Notes: generated by a model not told the origin, from the sequence alone. 59,151 bases of DNA from a virus (IMGVR_UViG_3300044999_000021:1-59151), one strand, 5' to 3'. Numbered from the stretch's first letter, positions 35,059 through 44,681 are shown. Translations and numbers: made by a program.

Positions 35059-36732
35059 ATGGACCGTTGGCCTCACCAATTGCGCGGGCTCGCCGCGTTC
35101 CTGGACTGCTACGATCGCGGCGTTCGGCGAGTCTGCCTAACGTCCCCGACCGGCGGCGGCAAGACCGTCATCATCGAAGACGTGATCCGCGCCGTGGTCG
35201 GACTGCGCCGCAAGGTGGCCGTCTACTCCAGCCGCAAAATCCTTGTCTCGCAACTCATCGATAGCCTCACCGCAGCCCGCATTCCGTTCGGCGTTCGCGC
35301 CGCAGGACATGACCATGAACTCGATGAGCCGGTGCAAATCTGCTCAATGCAAACCGAGGTGTCCCGCGTCCTGAAACGCGGCCAGTGGAGCCTCCACGCC
35401 GCCGGCCCGGGCGACCTTGCGATTGTGGACGAGGGCCACTTGCACACGACCGGTCAGGCCCTCATCATCCGTCGGCGGCATACCGACGGCGGGGCGTTCA
35501 CTCTGGACGTGACGGCTACCCCGCTCGGGATGGGTGACGTTTGTGATGACTTGATCGTCGCCGGCACGAACTCGGAACTCCGCCAGTGCGGAGCGTTGGT
35601 TCTCGCGCATCACTTCGCGCCCGATGAGCCGGACATGGCGGCGCTCAAGGCGCTGAAGTCGAAGCCGGCCGACGGTGAGGATTTGAGCGACACGCAACAA
35701 CAGAAAATCATGGGCAAGGTGGTGGACGGCGAGCCGACGCCTAACCTTGTCGCGCTGCACGGTCGAATCTGGAAACACTACCAACGGCTGAACGCCGACC
35801 GCCGGCCGTCGATCTTGTTCGCTCCCGGCGTCAACGAATCAATCTGGTTCGCCCAGCAGTTCACGGCCAAGGGCGTTCGGGCCGCGCATATCGACGGCGA
35901 GCATATTTGGATCGACGGGGAGTTGCACCGCAAGACGGACGACCTCTGGCAGGAGCTTCTCAATGAAAGCCGAACAGGACGTATCGGTGTATTGTGTAAC
36001 CGCTTTGTCTTGCGGGAAGGCGTTAATGCTCCGTGGCTTGCCCACGGAATTTTCGCCACCATCTTCGGAAGTGTGCAGAGCTATTTACAGGCAGGCGGCC
36101 GACTTCTGCGAGCTTCGCTTGGTCTGGAGTCGGTCAACTTCCAGGACCACGGCGGCAACTTCTGGCGGCATGGCTCCCTCAATATCGACCGAGCCTGGAT
36201 GCTCAACGACACCGCCAGCAGCGTCTATCACCGCCGAGCCGATCGGATAAGGGCCAAGAAAGAATCCCCGCCGGTGGTCTGCCCCGAATGCTCGCGGGTG
36301 ATGGCTCGCCGCGTTTGTTTGTGTGGCTACGAATTCCCGCCGAACAAAGTGCCGCGGGCCGTGGTCACAACCGATGGCGAATTAAAGCACACGACGGCCG
36401 ACTACTTTCCCGCCCGCAGGCGCAGCACGTTCACTGACGGCCCCGCAGTCGGCGCGTGGATCATCACTTGGAAGCGGGCTTGCTCGATCAAATGGAACGC
36501 GACGTTCCGTCAGGCCGAAGCCGACTACGCCCGCAACAACAAGGGGTTTTATCCGAGTCAGACTTGGCCATTGTTCCCGATCGACATGGACCGGGACTAT
36601 TACCGGCGCGTGTTAGACGTGCCGGTCGATCGACTGCGAGGCGACCCGGATTTGCTGGCTAGGATGCGGGTCTATCAGGAAGCTCAACTCGCCAAATTAA
36701 CAGAAGTCGCCCTTTTCCCCCAAGGAGTATGA
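35059..36732 (+). CDS. Superfamily 2 (DExH) helicase with C-terminal Zn finger, 557 aa
   Basis: SPTGGGKT, DEGH, TATP, LREGVNAP, QAGGRLLR, CPEC..CLCG. Confidence 0.9.
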   Translation: MDRWPHQLRGLAAFLDCYDRGVRRVCLTSPTGGGKTVIIEDVIRAVVGLRRKVAVYSSRKILVSQLIDSLTAARIPFGVRAAGHDHELDEPVQICSMQTEVSRVLKRGQWSLHAAGPGDLAIVDEGHLHTTGQALIIRRRHTDGGAFTLDVTATPLGMGDVCDDLIVAGTNSELRQCGALVLAHHFAPDEPDMAALKALKSKPADGEDLSDTQQQKIMGKVVDGEPTPNLVALHGRIWKHYQRLNADRRPSILFAPGVNESIWFAQQFTAKGVRAAHIDGEHIWIDGELHRKTDDLWQELLNESRTGRIGVLCNRFVLREGVNAPWLAHGIFATIFGSVQSYLQAGGRLLRASLGLESVNFQDHGGNFWRHGSLNIDRAWMLNDTASSVYHRRADRIRAKKESPPVVCPECSRVMARRVCLCGYEFPPNKVPRAVVTTDGELKHTTADYFPARRRSTFTDGPAVGAWIITWKRACSIKWNATFRQAEADYARNNKGFYPSQTWPLFPIDMDRDYYRRVLDVPVDRLRGDPDLLARMRVYQEAQLAKLTEVALFPQGV

Positions 36733-36735
36733 CCC

Positions 36736-37077
36736 GTGGCAAAGACGAAGAAAGCCCCGAAGAAGGCCGCCCCGAAGAAGCGGGCACCGAGGCTCAAGCA
36801 ACAACACCTGGAGGGCATGGAGCCGCCGCGCATCCCGACCCTGGATAGCGCCATCGAGCGCTATTGCGACGCGATGCACGAACGTCTCCCGCTCACCCAA
36901 GCTGAGAAGGAAGCCAAGGACGAGTTGATCGCGCAGATTCACAAGCATCACGCCGAGCTTGGCGGCGCGACCAAGTACACCTCGCCGGACGGATACGAAG
37001 TGAACTTCACCGACGTTACCCAGGTGAAGGTCAAGATGGCCAAGAGCGACCCCGAATCAAACGGGGAGGCCGAGTAA
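36736..37077 (+). CDS. Hypothetical protein with basic N-terminus, 113 aa
   Basis: AAGGAG RBS. Confidence 0.65.
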   Translation: MAKTKKAPKKAAPKKRAPRLKQQHLEGMEPPRIPTLDSAIERYCDAMHERLPLTQAEKEAKDELIAQIHKHHAELGGATKYTSPDGYEVNFTDVTQVKVKMAKSDPESNGEAE

Positions 37078-37319
37078 TGCTCGCCGACATGCTCCGCCAG
37101 GGCGACCTCGCCTTTAACCGTGGCTGCGACACCCGCATTGCCGGGAAGTCGCAGCGCTACAACCCGTACTGCTCCGTCACCCAGGGCTGGCTCCGGCAAC
37201 TCTGGAAAGCCGGCTGGGATGAGGCGCACGAGAACTGGGGCAAATACGTCCAGGGGCCGGTCGTTCCTTTACCGCCCGTGGCGAAGGATAAGAACTTCCG
37301 ACGGCAGCCCGTGGAGTGA
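37077..37319 (+). CDS. Small protein with Rmf-like NPY...W..GW motif, 80 aa
   Basis: AFNRG..AGKS..NPY..LWKAGW. Confidence 0.5.
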   Translation: MLADMLRQGDLAFNRGCDTRIAGKSQRYNPYCSVTQGWLRQLWKAGWDEAHENWGKYVQGPVVPLPPVAKDKNFRRQPVE

Positions 37320-37326
37320 CTACCGA

Positions 37327-37599
37327 ATGGATGCAATCGAAACCGCATGGGGACCAGTACCGATGGACGAATCGAAGTGTCCCGAATGCCAGGCCGATCT
37401 GATCTGGGCCAAAGCCGAGAGCGGTTCCCGAATCGCCCTCGACGCCCAACCGCGATCGGACGGCAAGATCGTGAACCGCAACGGCGCGGCCGTGTACCTG
37501 AGTCGTGACCTGTTCACCGAAGTCGATGAGGCCCGATACGTCGCTCATGCGGCGACCTGTCCCAAACGGGCGTCGTGGCGGCGGAGCAAGCCCAAGTAG
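37327..37599 (+). CDS. Zn-binding hypothetical protein, 90 aa
   Basis: CPECQADLIWA..IALDAQP..HAATCP. Confidence 0.65.
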   Translation: MDAIETAWGPVPMDESKCPECQADLIWAKAESGSRIALDAQPRSDGKIVNRNGAAVYLSRDLFTEVDEARYVAHAATCPKRASWRRSKPK

Positions 37600-37610
37600 A
37601 GGACCTACCG

Positions 37611-38471
37611 ATGCCGACGAAACGAGTTGTTGGATTCTCCGGCGGGATCGATTCCCAAGCGACGGCGCTATGGGTGCGCCGCCGCTATCCGGCGGAAGAC
37701 ATCATCATGTTGAACTGCGATGCCGGTGGCAATGAAGACCCGATTACCACCGAGTTCATCAATGAATACTCGGCAACGGTTTTTCCGCTCACGGTGGTCC
37801 CCTCTCTAATCGTGGATATGTGCGGGCGCGAGGCAGGAGCGATCCCCGCGATGGGGCTGAAGCCTGACGACCCGCTGTCGTTCGACCTCATGGCGTTGCT
37901 GAAGGGAAGATTCCCTTCAGCAACGCGACAATTCTGCACTGAACACCTGAAACTCGCCCCGCAAGCCCGCTGGTCGAAAGAGAACCTTGTTGGCAAAGGG
38001 ATCGACTTTGAGCGATACGTCGGCGTTCGGCAAGACGAAAGCCGACGGCGCAAGGACACCCCAGCAACAAGGCACGACGACTATTTCGATTGTCTAATCC
38101 ACTACCCACTCCGGCTGTGGTCCAAGCAGCGGTGTTTCGATTACGTCCAGAAAGCCGGCGAGAAGATCAACCCGCTATACACGATGGGTTTCAACCGCGT
38201 CGGCTGCGCCCCGTGCATCAACAGCACTAAGGGCGACGTTCGCGAATGGAACGCTCGCCGGCCGGAAATGATCGACAAGATTCGCGGCTGGGAAAAACGG
38301 GTCGGACGCACGTTCTTTGCCCCATGCGTCCCCGGCATGGAGATGAACTTCATTGACGACGTTGTGGCCTGGAGCAAGACCGAACGCGGCGGGACGCGGC
38401 TGAGCCTTCCCTACGTCGAAGCCGACGCGGCGGCGGGAACCTGCGTCAGCAAGTACGGCCTTTGTGAGTAG
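37611..38471 (+). CDS. PAPS reductase-family (PP-loop) protein, 286 aa
   Basis: FSGGIDS, RQFCTEHLK, GVRQDESRRR, RVGCAPC. Confidence 0.85.
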   Translation: MPTKRVVGFSGGIDSQATALWVRRRYPAEDIIMLNCDAGGNEDPITTEFINEYSATVFPLTVVPSLIVDMCGREAGAIPAMGLKPDDPLSFDLMALLKGRFPSATRQFCTEHLKLAPQARWSKENLVGKGIDFERYVGVRQDESRRRKDTPATRHDDYFDCLIHYPLRLWSKQRCFDYVQKAGEKINPLYTMGFNRVGCAPCINSTKGDVREWNARRPEMIDKIRGWEKRVGRTFFAPCVPGMEMNFIDDVVAWSKTERGGTRLSLPYVEADAAAGTCVSKYGLCE

Positions 38472-38529
38472 GAACCGTGCCCCCGGAGCCGGTTCAGGCC
38501 GGCCTGTTTGAGTAGAGGACGTGAGACGC

Positions 38530-38835
38530 ATGGACCGCACCGAATTCATCAACGCCTACCGCGACGAATTGCTCGGCATGGTCGCCGATGCCGCCATGCA
38601 GGCGCGGAGCGGCTCCGAGTTGGCCGTTTGGCTGCGTCAGCGAAACGGCTGGATTCACCATAAGCTCGGCGAGATTTACGACCGGCTCCGCGACGAAATG
38701 CCGTCACGGGAAGCGTTGGTTTCCCCGAGCGATCGGGCGCGGATTGCGGTTGCGCCCAGAGGATATGTTCGCCCTGATCCACCCAAACCGGCCCTTAACG
38801 GGACGGTCACCAACAAGAGGACGTCAGGCCCATGA
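38530..38835 (+). CDS. Hypothetical protein, ~101 aa
   Basis: ORF coupled to next gene. Confidence 0.55.
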   Translation: MDRTEFINAYRDELLGMVADAAMQARSGSELAVWLRQRNGWIHHKLGEIYDRLRDEMPSREALVSPSDRARIAVAPRGYVRPDPPKPALNGTVTNKRTSGP

Positions 38836-39023
38836 GCGAAGCGACAACCGAAACCACACGGCGACGGAATCCCGAAACCGTAGCGATGGACCAGATCGAC
38901 CGCATCCTCACCGGCCTGGGGGATGAGAACGCCGAACTGCGCGTGATGGCCTGGGTGATGACCAGCCGGTTCCCGCAGTGCAAGTTCACGATGGACAGCA
39001 ACCCCGACGCGCCCAAGGAGTAG
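38832..39023 (+). CDS. Hypothetical protein, 63 aa
   Basis: ATGA overlap. Confidence 0.6.
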   Translation: MSEATTETTRRRNPETVAMDQIDRILTGLGDENAELRVMAWVMTSRFPQCKFTMDSNPDAPKE

Positions 39024-39177
39024 ATGCCGTGAGTGAAGCAATGTTCTGGGGCTTCATGCTCTCTTGGATGGCCACGAATTTCTTGCTTGTCCGAATCGTC
39101 TGGGCACTCGAAGCGAAAAAGTAACCGAGTCGCCCCGGTCCGGACTTGTCCGGCCGGGGAGGGGAGGGACGGGGGAT

Positions 39178-39444
39178 ATGACGCCTTGCAAACACGAAAA
39201 CTTCGACTGCTTTTGCAATGTCGCCCGCATCGAGGACATCGGCCGTTTCAGCGTTGACGTGACCGTGAAGTGCATGGACTGCGGGACGCCGTTCAAGTTT
39301 CTCGGCCTGCCGCTGGGCCTCGACTTGAATGGGGCTTGCGTCAATTTCGACGGCACCGAGGCCCGGTTGGCGATAGCGCCGAAGGGCGAAGCGATTCCAC
39401 CGATTCACGGCGTTGAAGGTTTTACGGTGAGGGCGAAACCGTGA
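39178..39444 (+). CDS. Zn-binding hypothetical protein, 88 aa
   Basis: CKHENF...CMDCGTPFKFLGLPLG. Confidence 0.65.
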   Translation: MTPCKHENFDCFCNVARIEDIGRFSVDVTVKCMDCGTPFKFLGLPLGLDLNGACVNFDGTEARLAIAPKGEAIPPIHGVEGFTVRAKP

Positions 39445-39677
39445 GTTTCCGCTACCTGGACGACAACGAAGGCTTCCGGTTCGCCATCGGCAAACGAGTG
39501 AAGGCCATGCGCAAAGAACACGGCCTTTCCCTGGACACGCTGGCGGCGAACACAGACATGAGCAAAGCCGGCATCTGGCAGATTGAACGCGGGCGGAGCG
39601 AGCCAGGAGCGGCCACGTTGTTGCGGCTTTCCATCGCGTTGCGTTGCACGATTGACTACCTCGTTAAAGGAGACTGA
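39441..39677 (+). CDS. XRE-family HTH regulator, 78 aa
   Basis: IGKRVKAMRKEHGLSLDTLA..IWQIERGRSEP..IDYLV. Confidence 0.85.
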   Translation: MSFRYLDDNEGFRFAIGKRVKAMRKEHGLSLDTLAANTDMSKAGIWQIERGRSEPGAATLLRLSIALRCTIDYLVKGD

Positions 39678-39679
39678 CC

Positions 39680-39874
39680 ATGCACCCAGCCATTGCGCAC
39701 GTCCTGAAATTCTTCGCCTACGAACACCTGCCGGAGAAGCTGAAGGCGGTTTCGCTACCGTTCGCGGTTCTGGCGCACCAGGTCGCCGAACGCGCCCCCG
39801 ACAATCAGGAGACGACGGTTGCCCTGCGGAAGTTGCTCGAATCCAAGGACGCGGCCGTACGCGCGGCCCTGTGA
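39680..39874 (+). CDS. Conserved small helical-hairpin phage protein (possible Acb2/Tad1-like fold), 64 aa
   Basis: FFAYEHLP..SLPF..ETTVALRKLLESKDAAVRA. Confidence 0.55.
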   Translation: MHPAIAHVLKFFAYEHLPEKLKAVSLPFAVLAHQVAERAPDNQETTVALRKLLESKDAAVRAAL

Positions 39875-39888
39875 TCGGAGGTGATCCA

Positions 39889-40248
39889 GTGAAATGGTCC
39901 GACCCCGCGACAGTCCGACGATTCAAAGGACCGGGACGATGCGAACGCTGCCACCGGTACACCGAATACCGCGATCCTCACCATACGTTCGTCAAGAAGG
40001 GCATGGGCGGGACACCGATCGACGTGTCGCTCAACTTGGCGGGGGTCTGCCGCATTTGTCACGGCATCGTTGAGACGAACCACGCCGAGAACCACGCCCT
40101 GCAACGGAAGATCATCCGCCGCGAGTATCCCGAACCTCGGGGGCGACCGAAACGGAAGTCGGTGCTGGCGTGGATTCAACTGATTTGGCGGATGCCGAAC
40201 GGTTCGCCGTTACCCGAGATGCCGTGGAGGGCACATGCCGAAGTCTGA
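39889..40248 (+). CDS. HNH-like Zn-binding nuclease, 119 aa
   Basis: CERC..DPHH..KGMGG..NLAGVCRICH. Confidence 0.6.
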   Translation: MKWSDPATVRRFKGPGRCERCHRYTEYRDPHHTFVKKGMGGTPIDVSLNLAGVCRICHGIVETNHAENHALQRKIIRREYPEPRGRPKRKSVLAWIQLIWRMPNGSPLPEMPWRAHAEV

Positions 40249-40564
40249 CGTAATCACGATCAGTGGGACCGCCGGCGAATGCAGCACTTACAGAGTCACG
40301 CCAATTGAAGGCGTCCAGGACATTTCCGGGCCAGCGTACACGGTTCAGAGACTGGAGGACAACGGCGAGCCAATGAAGGACTTCTGCTACACCGTGGCGA
40401 ATACCGAGTACGGGTTGACCTGCACCTGCGGGTCGATGGCGTGGAAGCGGCAGAACGATCCGACGGTTTGCAAGCACGTCTCGCGTCTTTGGGCGTTAGG
40501 ATATTTCCCTCGAATCAAGTTTCCCCCCGGAGTGAAGTTTCCTGACCCCAAGGAGCCATCATGA
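40235..40564 (+). CDS. SWIM zinc-finger protein, 109 aa
   Basis: CTC-x13-CKH. Confidence 0.7.
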   Translation: MPKSDVITISGTAGECSTYRVTPIEGVQDISGPAYTVQRLEDNGEPMKDFCYTVANTEYGLTCTCGSMAWKRQNDPTVCKHVSRLWALGYFPRIKFPPGVKFPDPKEPS

Positions 40565-41067
40565 CAACCCCACCGGCCGCAACGTGGCCCACGCTGGATG
40601 ATGAACGCGAATTGCTGCGGACCACCGGCCGCCGGCATCAAGCCAGAACCCGCTCTCTCATACACCGAATCCGCGAGCTTGAAGCCGAGAACAAACGGCT
40701 CCGCGACGAAGTGTGTAACGCCGAGCTTGGCGGCGAAATCCTCGATGAGATCGGCCGACTGCTCGGCGAGTTCCCGTGCCAGTGCCCAGGAGGCAACCAC
40801 GGCCACGGAAGTACGCCGCCGATGTTTTACCCGGAGTTGATCGCCTGTGTCGTCAGGAAGGCTTCAGAGTCGGCCGCCCCGCCGCGGACCAAGGCCCAGG
40901 TGGAGCGAGCGGTAGAAAAGTTGTTCTCGCTAGGACCAGTCAGCTACACGATCATTGGTCGATTGGTGTTGGTCGATCAACGCGGCGAGCAAGTACAGGG
41001 CACCGAATGCCGTTATCTCGCCGACGTCGTCCACCTGCTCTGTTCGGAACTCGGAATTAAGGAGTGA
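40561..41067 (+). CDS. Hypothetical protein with coiled coil, 168 aa
   Basis: AAGGAG RBS, ATGA overlap. Confidence 0.6.
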   Translation: MTTPPAATWPTLDDERELLRTTGRRHQARTRSLIHRIRELEAENKRLRDEVCNAELGGEILDEIGRLLGEFPCQCPGGNHGHGSTPPMFYPELIACVVRKASESAAPPRTKAQVERAVEKLFSLGPVSYTIIGRLVLVDQRGEQVQGTECRYLADVVHLLCSELGIKE

Positions 41068-41072
41068 CTGCG

Positions 41073-41330
41073 ATGGGACAGTACCGAAAACGCCCGGTTG
41101 TGATCGAGGCCATCCAATTCACGGGCATGGTAAGCGGTCATTATCTGACGCGAGAACTGGCCCTGTTTCTCGCCGAAGTCGTGACTTCGGAAAAGGCCGG
41201 CGGCATCATCATTCACACCTTGGAAGGTGAGATGCGGGCCGACCCCGGCGATTGGATCATCAAGGGCGTGAAGGGCGAATTTTACCCGTGCAAGCCGGAC
41301 ATCTTCGCCGCGACCTACGAACCGGTTTAG
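41073..41330 (+). CDS. Conserved phage protein of the YRKxPVVIEA...GEFYPCKPDIF family (candidate Acb4-type nucleotide sponge), 85 aa
   Basis: YRKRPVVIEAIQ, HTLEGEM, PGDWIIKGVKGEFYPCKPDIFAATYE. Confidence 0.6.
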   Translation: MGQYRKRPVVIEAIQFTGMVSGHYLTRELALFLAEVVTSEKAGGIIIHTLEGEMRADPGDWIIKGVKGEFYPCKPDIFAATYEPV

Positions 41331-41363
41331 GAGTAACCCCGTGGCATCATCCCGGAGCGAACC

Positions 41364-41786
41364 GTGAGCAAGCGCGGCGACGCATTATCGGCCGACGCCA
41401 TTGAGCGCTACACCCAGCTTGCGCTGGAGCGGGGCGGAGTCGTCGTCGGACACAAGCGATTCGATGCCCCCACGCCGGTCGAGGAAGTCGATGAGGACAC
41501 AGCCGAAAAGGAATTCCAACAGTGGGTCACGGACCGGGCTGACGAGAACAAGTGGCAATGGCACCACCAGACGAATAGTCGGCGGTCCAAGTCCGGCTGG
41601 CTCGATTTGACGCTGTGGCATGAGGTCCGCCGATTGCTGTTGTTCCGTGAAGTGAAAACCGAGACGGGGATCGTGAGCGCCGCGCAGGCATCCATGATCG
41701 ATTCATTGACGGCGGCTGGCTTAGATGCCGGAGTATGGCGGCCGTCGATGCAAGTGGAAATCGTCCGCATTCTGTCCGTTCCCTGA
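41364..41786 (+). CDS. VRR-NUC (PD-(D/E)xK) nuclease, 140 aa
   Basis: EKEFQ, GWLDL, FREVKTETG..S..Q, VWRP. Confidence 0.75.
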   Translation: MSKRGDALSADAIERYTQLALERGGVVVGHKRFDAPTPVEEVDEDTAEKEFQQWVTDRADENKWQWHHQTNSRRSKSGWLDLTLWHEVRRLLLFREVKTETGIVSAAQASMIDSLTAAGLDAGVWRPSMQVEIVRILSVP

Positions 41787-41801
41787 ACCCGTGGAGGCAC
41801 G

Positions 41802-41999
41802 ATGAGCAAGCCGAAACTGTACGTTCTGACGTGGGACACCGAAAAACAGGCATTCACGCCGCAGCAGGGCGTCCGCCGCGGGCCTTACACGCTCTTTGGA
41901 ATCCGCAAGGCGCTGCGAAAGCTCCAGGCGATGGGCTATCCATGCGACCGGAACGACCCAGCTGTCTTGGTCTGTGATTATTCCGCCAGAAGAGCTTAG
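41802..41999 (+). CDS. Hypothetical protein, 65 aa
   Basis: GGAGG RBS. Confidence 0.6.
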   Translation: MSKPKLYVLTWDTEKQAFTPQQGVRRGPYTLFGIRKALRKLQAMGYPCDRNDPAVLVCDYSARRA

Positions 42000-42292
42000 G
42001 AGTAACCCATGAGTGGGCACCCCGATTGAACCGAAATAGCGGCCTTATTTGCCGCACTCCGAAGTTGCCGGCGGGTACGACCGGCGACGGCCCTGCCGCA
42101 AGAATCCTCGCAAGGGAGTGTTTGGCCAGCGATGGCCACCACGGCAGTAAGCCGGGCATCCGCGACTGCGGACCCTCCGAACGGTTCCTAGCCTCCATTT
42201 GTCATGGGGGTCAGGGGGCATCGTAAAGCGGCCGCGTGCGCAGCGAGCGGCACACGCGGCAGTTTGAAATACACTTCGATGGGGAGGAGAGA

Positions 42293-42538
42293 ATGTACCG
42301 TCCTGGCCGTCAACGAGCCATCAAGGAAAAGCACTGGGCGGGACTCACCGGGAAGCCTGTTCCCGTCAATAAGACCGCGATGGCGACAATGCACTCCAAC
42401 GTCCGCGAGGCGTACCTGAACGGAGCCGGCCTGTATGCTTTCAACCTGATGCTCGACTTGGAGCGGGCGTTGGACGACGAGAATCCGGTGAACCGGGACT
42501 TCGAGGAACGATACCGGAAGTTGTGCCGGCAAAAGTGA
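42293..42538 (+). CDS. Hypothetical protein, 81 aa
   Basis: GGAGGAG RBS. Confidence 0.55.
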   Translation: MYRPGRQRAIKEKHWAGLTGKPVPVNKTAMATMHSNVREAYLNGAGLYAFNLMLDLERALDDENPVNRDFEERYRKLCRQK

Positions 42539-42589
42539 ACCCCAGAGTGGCGCGGCCCACTGGCGGCGACCTCTCCCGGAGACTCCCCT

Positions 42590-42910
42590 ATGACCCGACC
42601 AACGACCGAGAACGAAGTGGATGCGGCATATGAGCGGCGACAGCGTATTGCAACCGGCGAATCCGACGAATCGGTCTACGGCCATCACTCTGACTGTCTA
42701 GTGACCAATGCCGTGATCGTCGGGCGCAGGATGCGAGACGACACCGACCTAATTGCCGATGCCTACACCGCTCTCCGCGAGCGGCATGATCGGCTGGTGC
42801 GGGTCTGCCGGGACTTCGCTGACAAGGCCCGATTCTACCCGTCGGAGTGGCACGAATCAGGTGTTGTCGCCGCCCTCGCGGCCGAACCCCAGGAGCAAGC
42901 CAAGCCATGA
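42590..42910 (+). CDS. Hypothetical protein, 106 aa
   Basis: GGAG RBS, coupled downstream. Confidence 0.6.
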   Translation: MTRPTTENEVDAAYERRQRIATGESDESVYGHHSDCLVTNAVIVGRRMRDDTDLIADAYTALRERHDRLVRVCRDFADKARFYPSEWHESGVVAALAAEPQEQAKP

Positions 42911-43140
42911 GCGACGCAGACCGATTCCGCGAACTGCTGGCCGCTCTGCCGCCTCAGGTCGCGGGCGATTACAAGATGATCGAAGTCCGCGAAGGCACGG
43001 CCGCCCGGTGGCTAGCGCTGCTGGAGGCGGTGAAGGCGAAGCGTCGCAGCCCGAACCATCCGCCACTGTGTGTCTGTGGCGTGTGCGAGGACTTCGACAA
43101 TGCGATCAAGGCCCTGGAGGCCCCATGTCCGACGAACTGA
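42907..43140 (+). CDS. Hypothetical protein, 77 aa
   Basis: ATGA overlap; HPPLCVCGVC. Confidence 0.55.
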   Translation: MSDADRFRELLAALPPQVAGDYKMIEVREGTAARWLALLEAVKAKRRSPNHPPLCVCGVCEDFDNAIKALEAPCPTN

Positions 43141-43502
43141 GCCGAGACGCCGTGCTGGCATGGCTGCAAGACATCATCAGCATCAATGACGCAGCGGTTG
43201 CCGTCGAGGAACTCTGCGGCAACGATGAGAGCGTGAAGGTCTTCAACCGCCAGCAAGCCGCTAACGCCCGTGCCGCCGCGGCCATGCTCTCGTCCGAATC
43301 CACCCCAGACGCCGAGGTGCGACGGCTGGAGCGCGACCGGTTGCTGGTGGCCGTTGGCAAGGAAGGATTCAACGTCATCAAAGAGGTCGCCATTTTAGCC
43401 GCCGACTTCGACAGAGCGGCCGCGCTGCGAGACTATCACTATGCCGTGGACGCCGCCATCCGTCGTCTCGCCGCCCAGCCGGACGCAAAGGAGAAACCGT
43501 GA
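43125..43502 (+). CDS. Hypothetical protein with UVR-like motif, 125 aa
   Basis: KEVAILAADFDRAAALRD; GGAGG RBS. Confidence 0.55.
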   Translation: MSDELSRDAVLAWLQDIISINDAAVAVEELCGNDESVKVFNRQQAANARAAAAMLSSESTPDAEVRRLERDRLLVAVGKEGFNVIKEVAILAADFDRAAALRDYHYAVDAAIRRLAAQPDAKEKP

Positions 43503-43897
43503 CAACCGTGATTTCAGTCCGTGGCCTCGACCGCGACATTCTGCTGGCCGACATGGACTTTGTGTATGTTGGGCGAGCGGTATTCCGCCCCCAGCACTGG
43601 AAAGCGTCTGTCTGGGGCAACCCGTTCAAGGTCGGCATGAAGCGGAGCGTGGCTGTCGTTATTCTCGCGGACGACATCGACAATAGTGTCCGCGCGCCAC
43701 ACCTGGATGCCGCCTTGGCGTGTTTGTTTTACCGGGCGTGGATTTTAAAGTCGCCCGCTCATATCGAGCGGCTTCCCGAACTTCGCGGCAAGCGGCTTGG
43801 CTGCTGGTGTTGCAACTGGTCGCCGGGCGAACCGAAGATCGCTTGTCATGCCGTGATCCTCGCAAAGCTGGCGGACGCAAAGGAGGCAGGTCGATGA
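43499..43897 (+). CDS. DUF4326-family protein, 132 aa
   Basis: VYVGR, SVWGNPF, LPELRGKRLGCWC, CHAVIL. Confidence 0.8.
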   Translation: MTTVISVRGLDRDILLADMDFVYVGRAVFRPQHWKASVWGNPFKVGMKRSVAVVILADDIDNSVRAPHLDAALACLFYRAWILKSPAHIERLPELRGKRLGCWCCNWSPGEPKIACHAVILAKLADAKEAGR

Positions 43898-44045
43898 AAA
43901 CGCCAACTGTTGCAGAAATCTCCGCCGGGCTTGATGCGATGCTGACGCGGGACCGGCAATTACATTGCGATTGAGAACGGCCACGACATGCGGAAGACGC
44001 TTGAGACTATCCGCGACCGCTGCCTTTTCGCAGGAGAGTGATGCG

Positions 44046-44252
44046 ATGCGGCGTCATTGGGAATGGGAACCAGCTTGGGCAATCGTCCGGGTTGGATTGG
44101 CTGAGCAAGTGACAATTGCCGAAATAATGCGGGATGCTGCTCAGGCGAAACGAGAACTTAGGCGGTTGAACGCTCTTTCCATACCCGGCGTCCGTTATTT
44201 TTGTAGGTATACTCGACTCAAGAAAAAGTCGCCGATCATTTTAGGAGCCTGA
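44046..44252 (+). CDS. Hypothetical protein, 68 aa
   Basis: AGGAG upstream. Confidence 0.45.
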   Translation: MRRHWEWEPAWAIVRVGLAEQVTIAEIMRDAAQAKRELRRLNALSIPGVRYFCRYTRLKKKSPIILGA

Positions 44253-44256
44253 CCCA

Positions 44257-44523
44257 ATGGATCTTGAGTCGCTGGCCCGGGACCTGCGGGCGTGGATGCT
44301 TCGCGGCGATCCTGAAATGGCCGACTGGAGCGTTGCCGACGATGTGTCGAAGATGTTCTGGCTCGCCGTCGCCCGCCGCTCGATCGAGTTACAAGCCGAA
44401 CGGGATACGGCTATCGCGAGTCGGTGCCAGAACATCATCAATACCGTGCCGGGGATGTCATTTGCCGCCGACGAGGCCCAAGCCATCCTCGTCCTGCTCG
44501 CCACAAAGGAACCGACCCAATGA
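44257..44523 (+). CDS. Hypothetical protein, 88 aa
   Basis: AGGAG RBS. Confidence 0.55.
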   Translation: MDLESLARDLRAWMLRGDPEMADWSVADDVSKMFWLAVARRSIELQAERDTAIASRCQNIINTVPGMSFAADEAQAILVLLATKEPTQ

Positions 44524-44681
44524 AGCCGCCGCCTGGTCTATGCCGTTGGTGCGGACGTTTGCACGTCGGCAAATGCCCGCGAGTGAAGTCGATCGAATAC
44601 CTGGATGACGGCAAAACCGTTAAGAAGGTGGAGTTTTTCGAACCTTCCAAACCACCAACGCCAAAGGGGTTCGCCCAATGA
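44520..44681 (+). CDS. Small Zn-ribbon protein, 53 aa
   Basis: CRWCGRLH..CPRVKSIEY..DG.TVKKVEF. Confidence 0.6.
   Translation: MKPPPGLCRWCGRLHVGKCPRVKSIEYLDDGKTVKKVEFFEPSKPPTPKGFAQ

Noticed and set aside
43894-44041. Frameshifted small gene (MKTPTVAEISAG... / ...GNYIAIENGHDMRK)
   Set aside because: Plausible remnant with an RBS but too short and motif-free to support
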